A DNA stretch of 63,969 nt, counting the filler, from Phoronis australis (taxonomy: Eukaryota > Animalia > Phoronida), in the NCBI GenBank assembly GCA_002633005.1. It is 7 parts of 7 records of this genome, joined end to end, with 100 filler letters (N's around TTAATTAATTAA, not from the genome) between each part and the next. Parts side by side here need not be neighbours in the genome. Positions count along the whole stretch, not along the records: positions 62,852 to 63,969 come from NMRA01001539.1; 6 more parts are not named here. One strand, written 5' to 3'. Shown in pieces: positions 63,557 through 63,969 of the stretch (its first letter is position 1; the number at the start of each line of letters is the position of its first letter). A program made the translations under genes and the position numbers. A model generated the notes under the pieces. The model saw only the letters and a program-made list of their open reading frames with translations. It was not told the DNA's origin and did no database searches.

Positions 63557-63969
63557 GTTTCGCACAAACTAAATTAATTATATTTCCCTGATAGTAGGGG
63601 TGTGCCAAACCATTGTAATATTAATGACGATAATAAAATACTATTAGACCAGTGTTAATTAAAAGTGGCATCATATTAAAAGCTAACAACCAGAATCTAA
63701 ATCCGTGCACTTGTGAATTTGAGTCACAAAAATAGTATTTTGCACATAAAATACGTACACATAAACGAGGAATGGGTGCTTAAGCTAATAAAATGTCCCA
63801 ACATGTTATAGGCAATATAGTTCTTCCTCACTGAGCTACCCAAGAATACAAATATACCTATACCTATACCTATACATGCTTAATAATAGCAGCCCTAATG
63901 AATGAGAGTCACATTGACTATTTCTGTTAACCATCTGTAAGGTGAATAGGAGTGTTTAATTACAGTCTT

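Overview
AT-rich, intron- and transposon-rich DNA from an invertebrate animal genome; nothing in it looks prokaryotic. Six artificial 100-nt linkers (N..TTAATTAATTAA..N) split the window into 7 segments that need not be adjacent in the genome. Host genes are seen only as exons: LRRC73 (3 exons, +), LMBR1/LMBR1L (2 exons, -) and HERC2 (3 exons, +, one exon tandemly duplicated with only synonymous differences). Most other recognisable sequence is mobile DNA. The most notable element is a Ty3/Gypsy 3' half with an intact integrase, an env-like ORF, an unusual extra retropepsin-like ORF, a PPT and an LTR, inserted 13 nt from an LMBR1 splice donor. Also present: an internally deleted Gypsy with both ends and a 5-bp TSD, a solo LTR, an internally deleted Kolobok (THAP-transposase plus a KolX/P2X7-ballast-like gene) probably nested in a hAT relic, a pogo relic next to a HIRAN-like gene, a Penelope relic, several MITEs, a CCA-bearing tRNA-Leu retrocopy and many minisatellites. 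All family assignments come from motif recognition by eye, not database searches.
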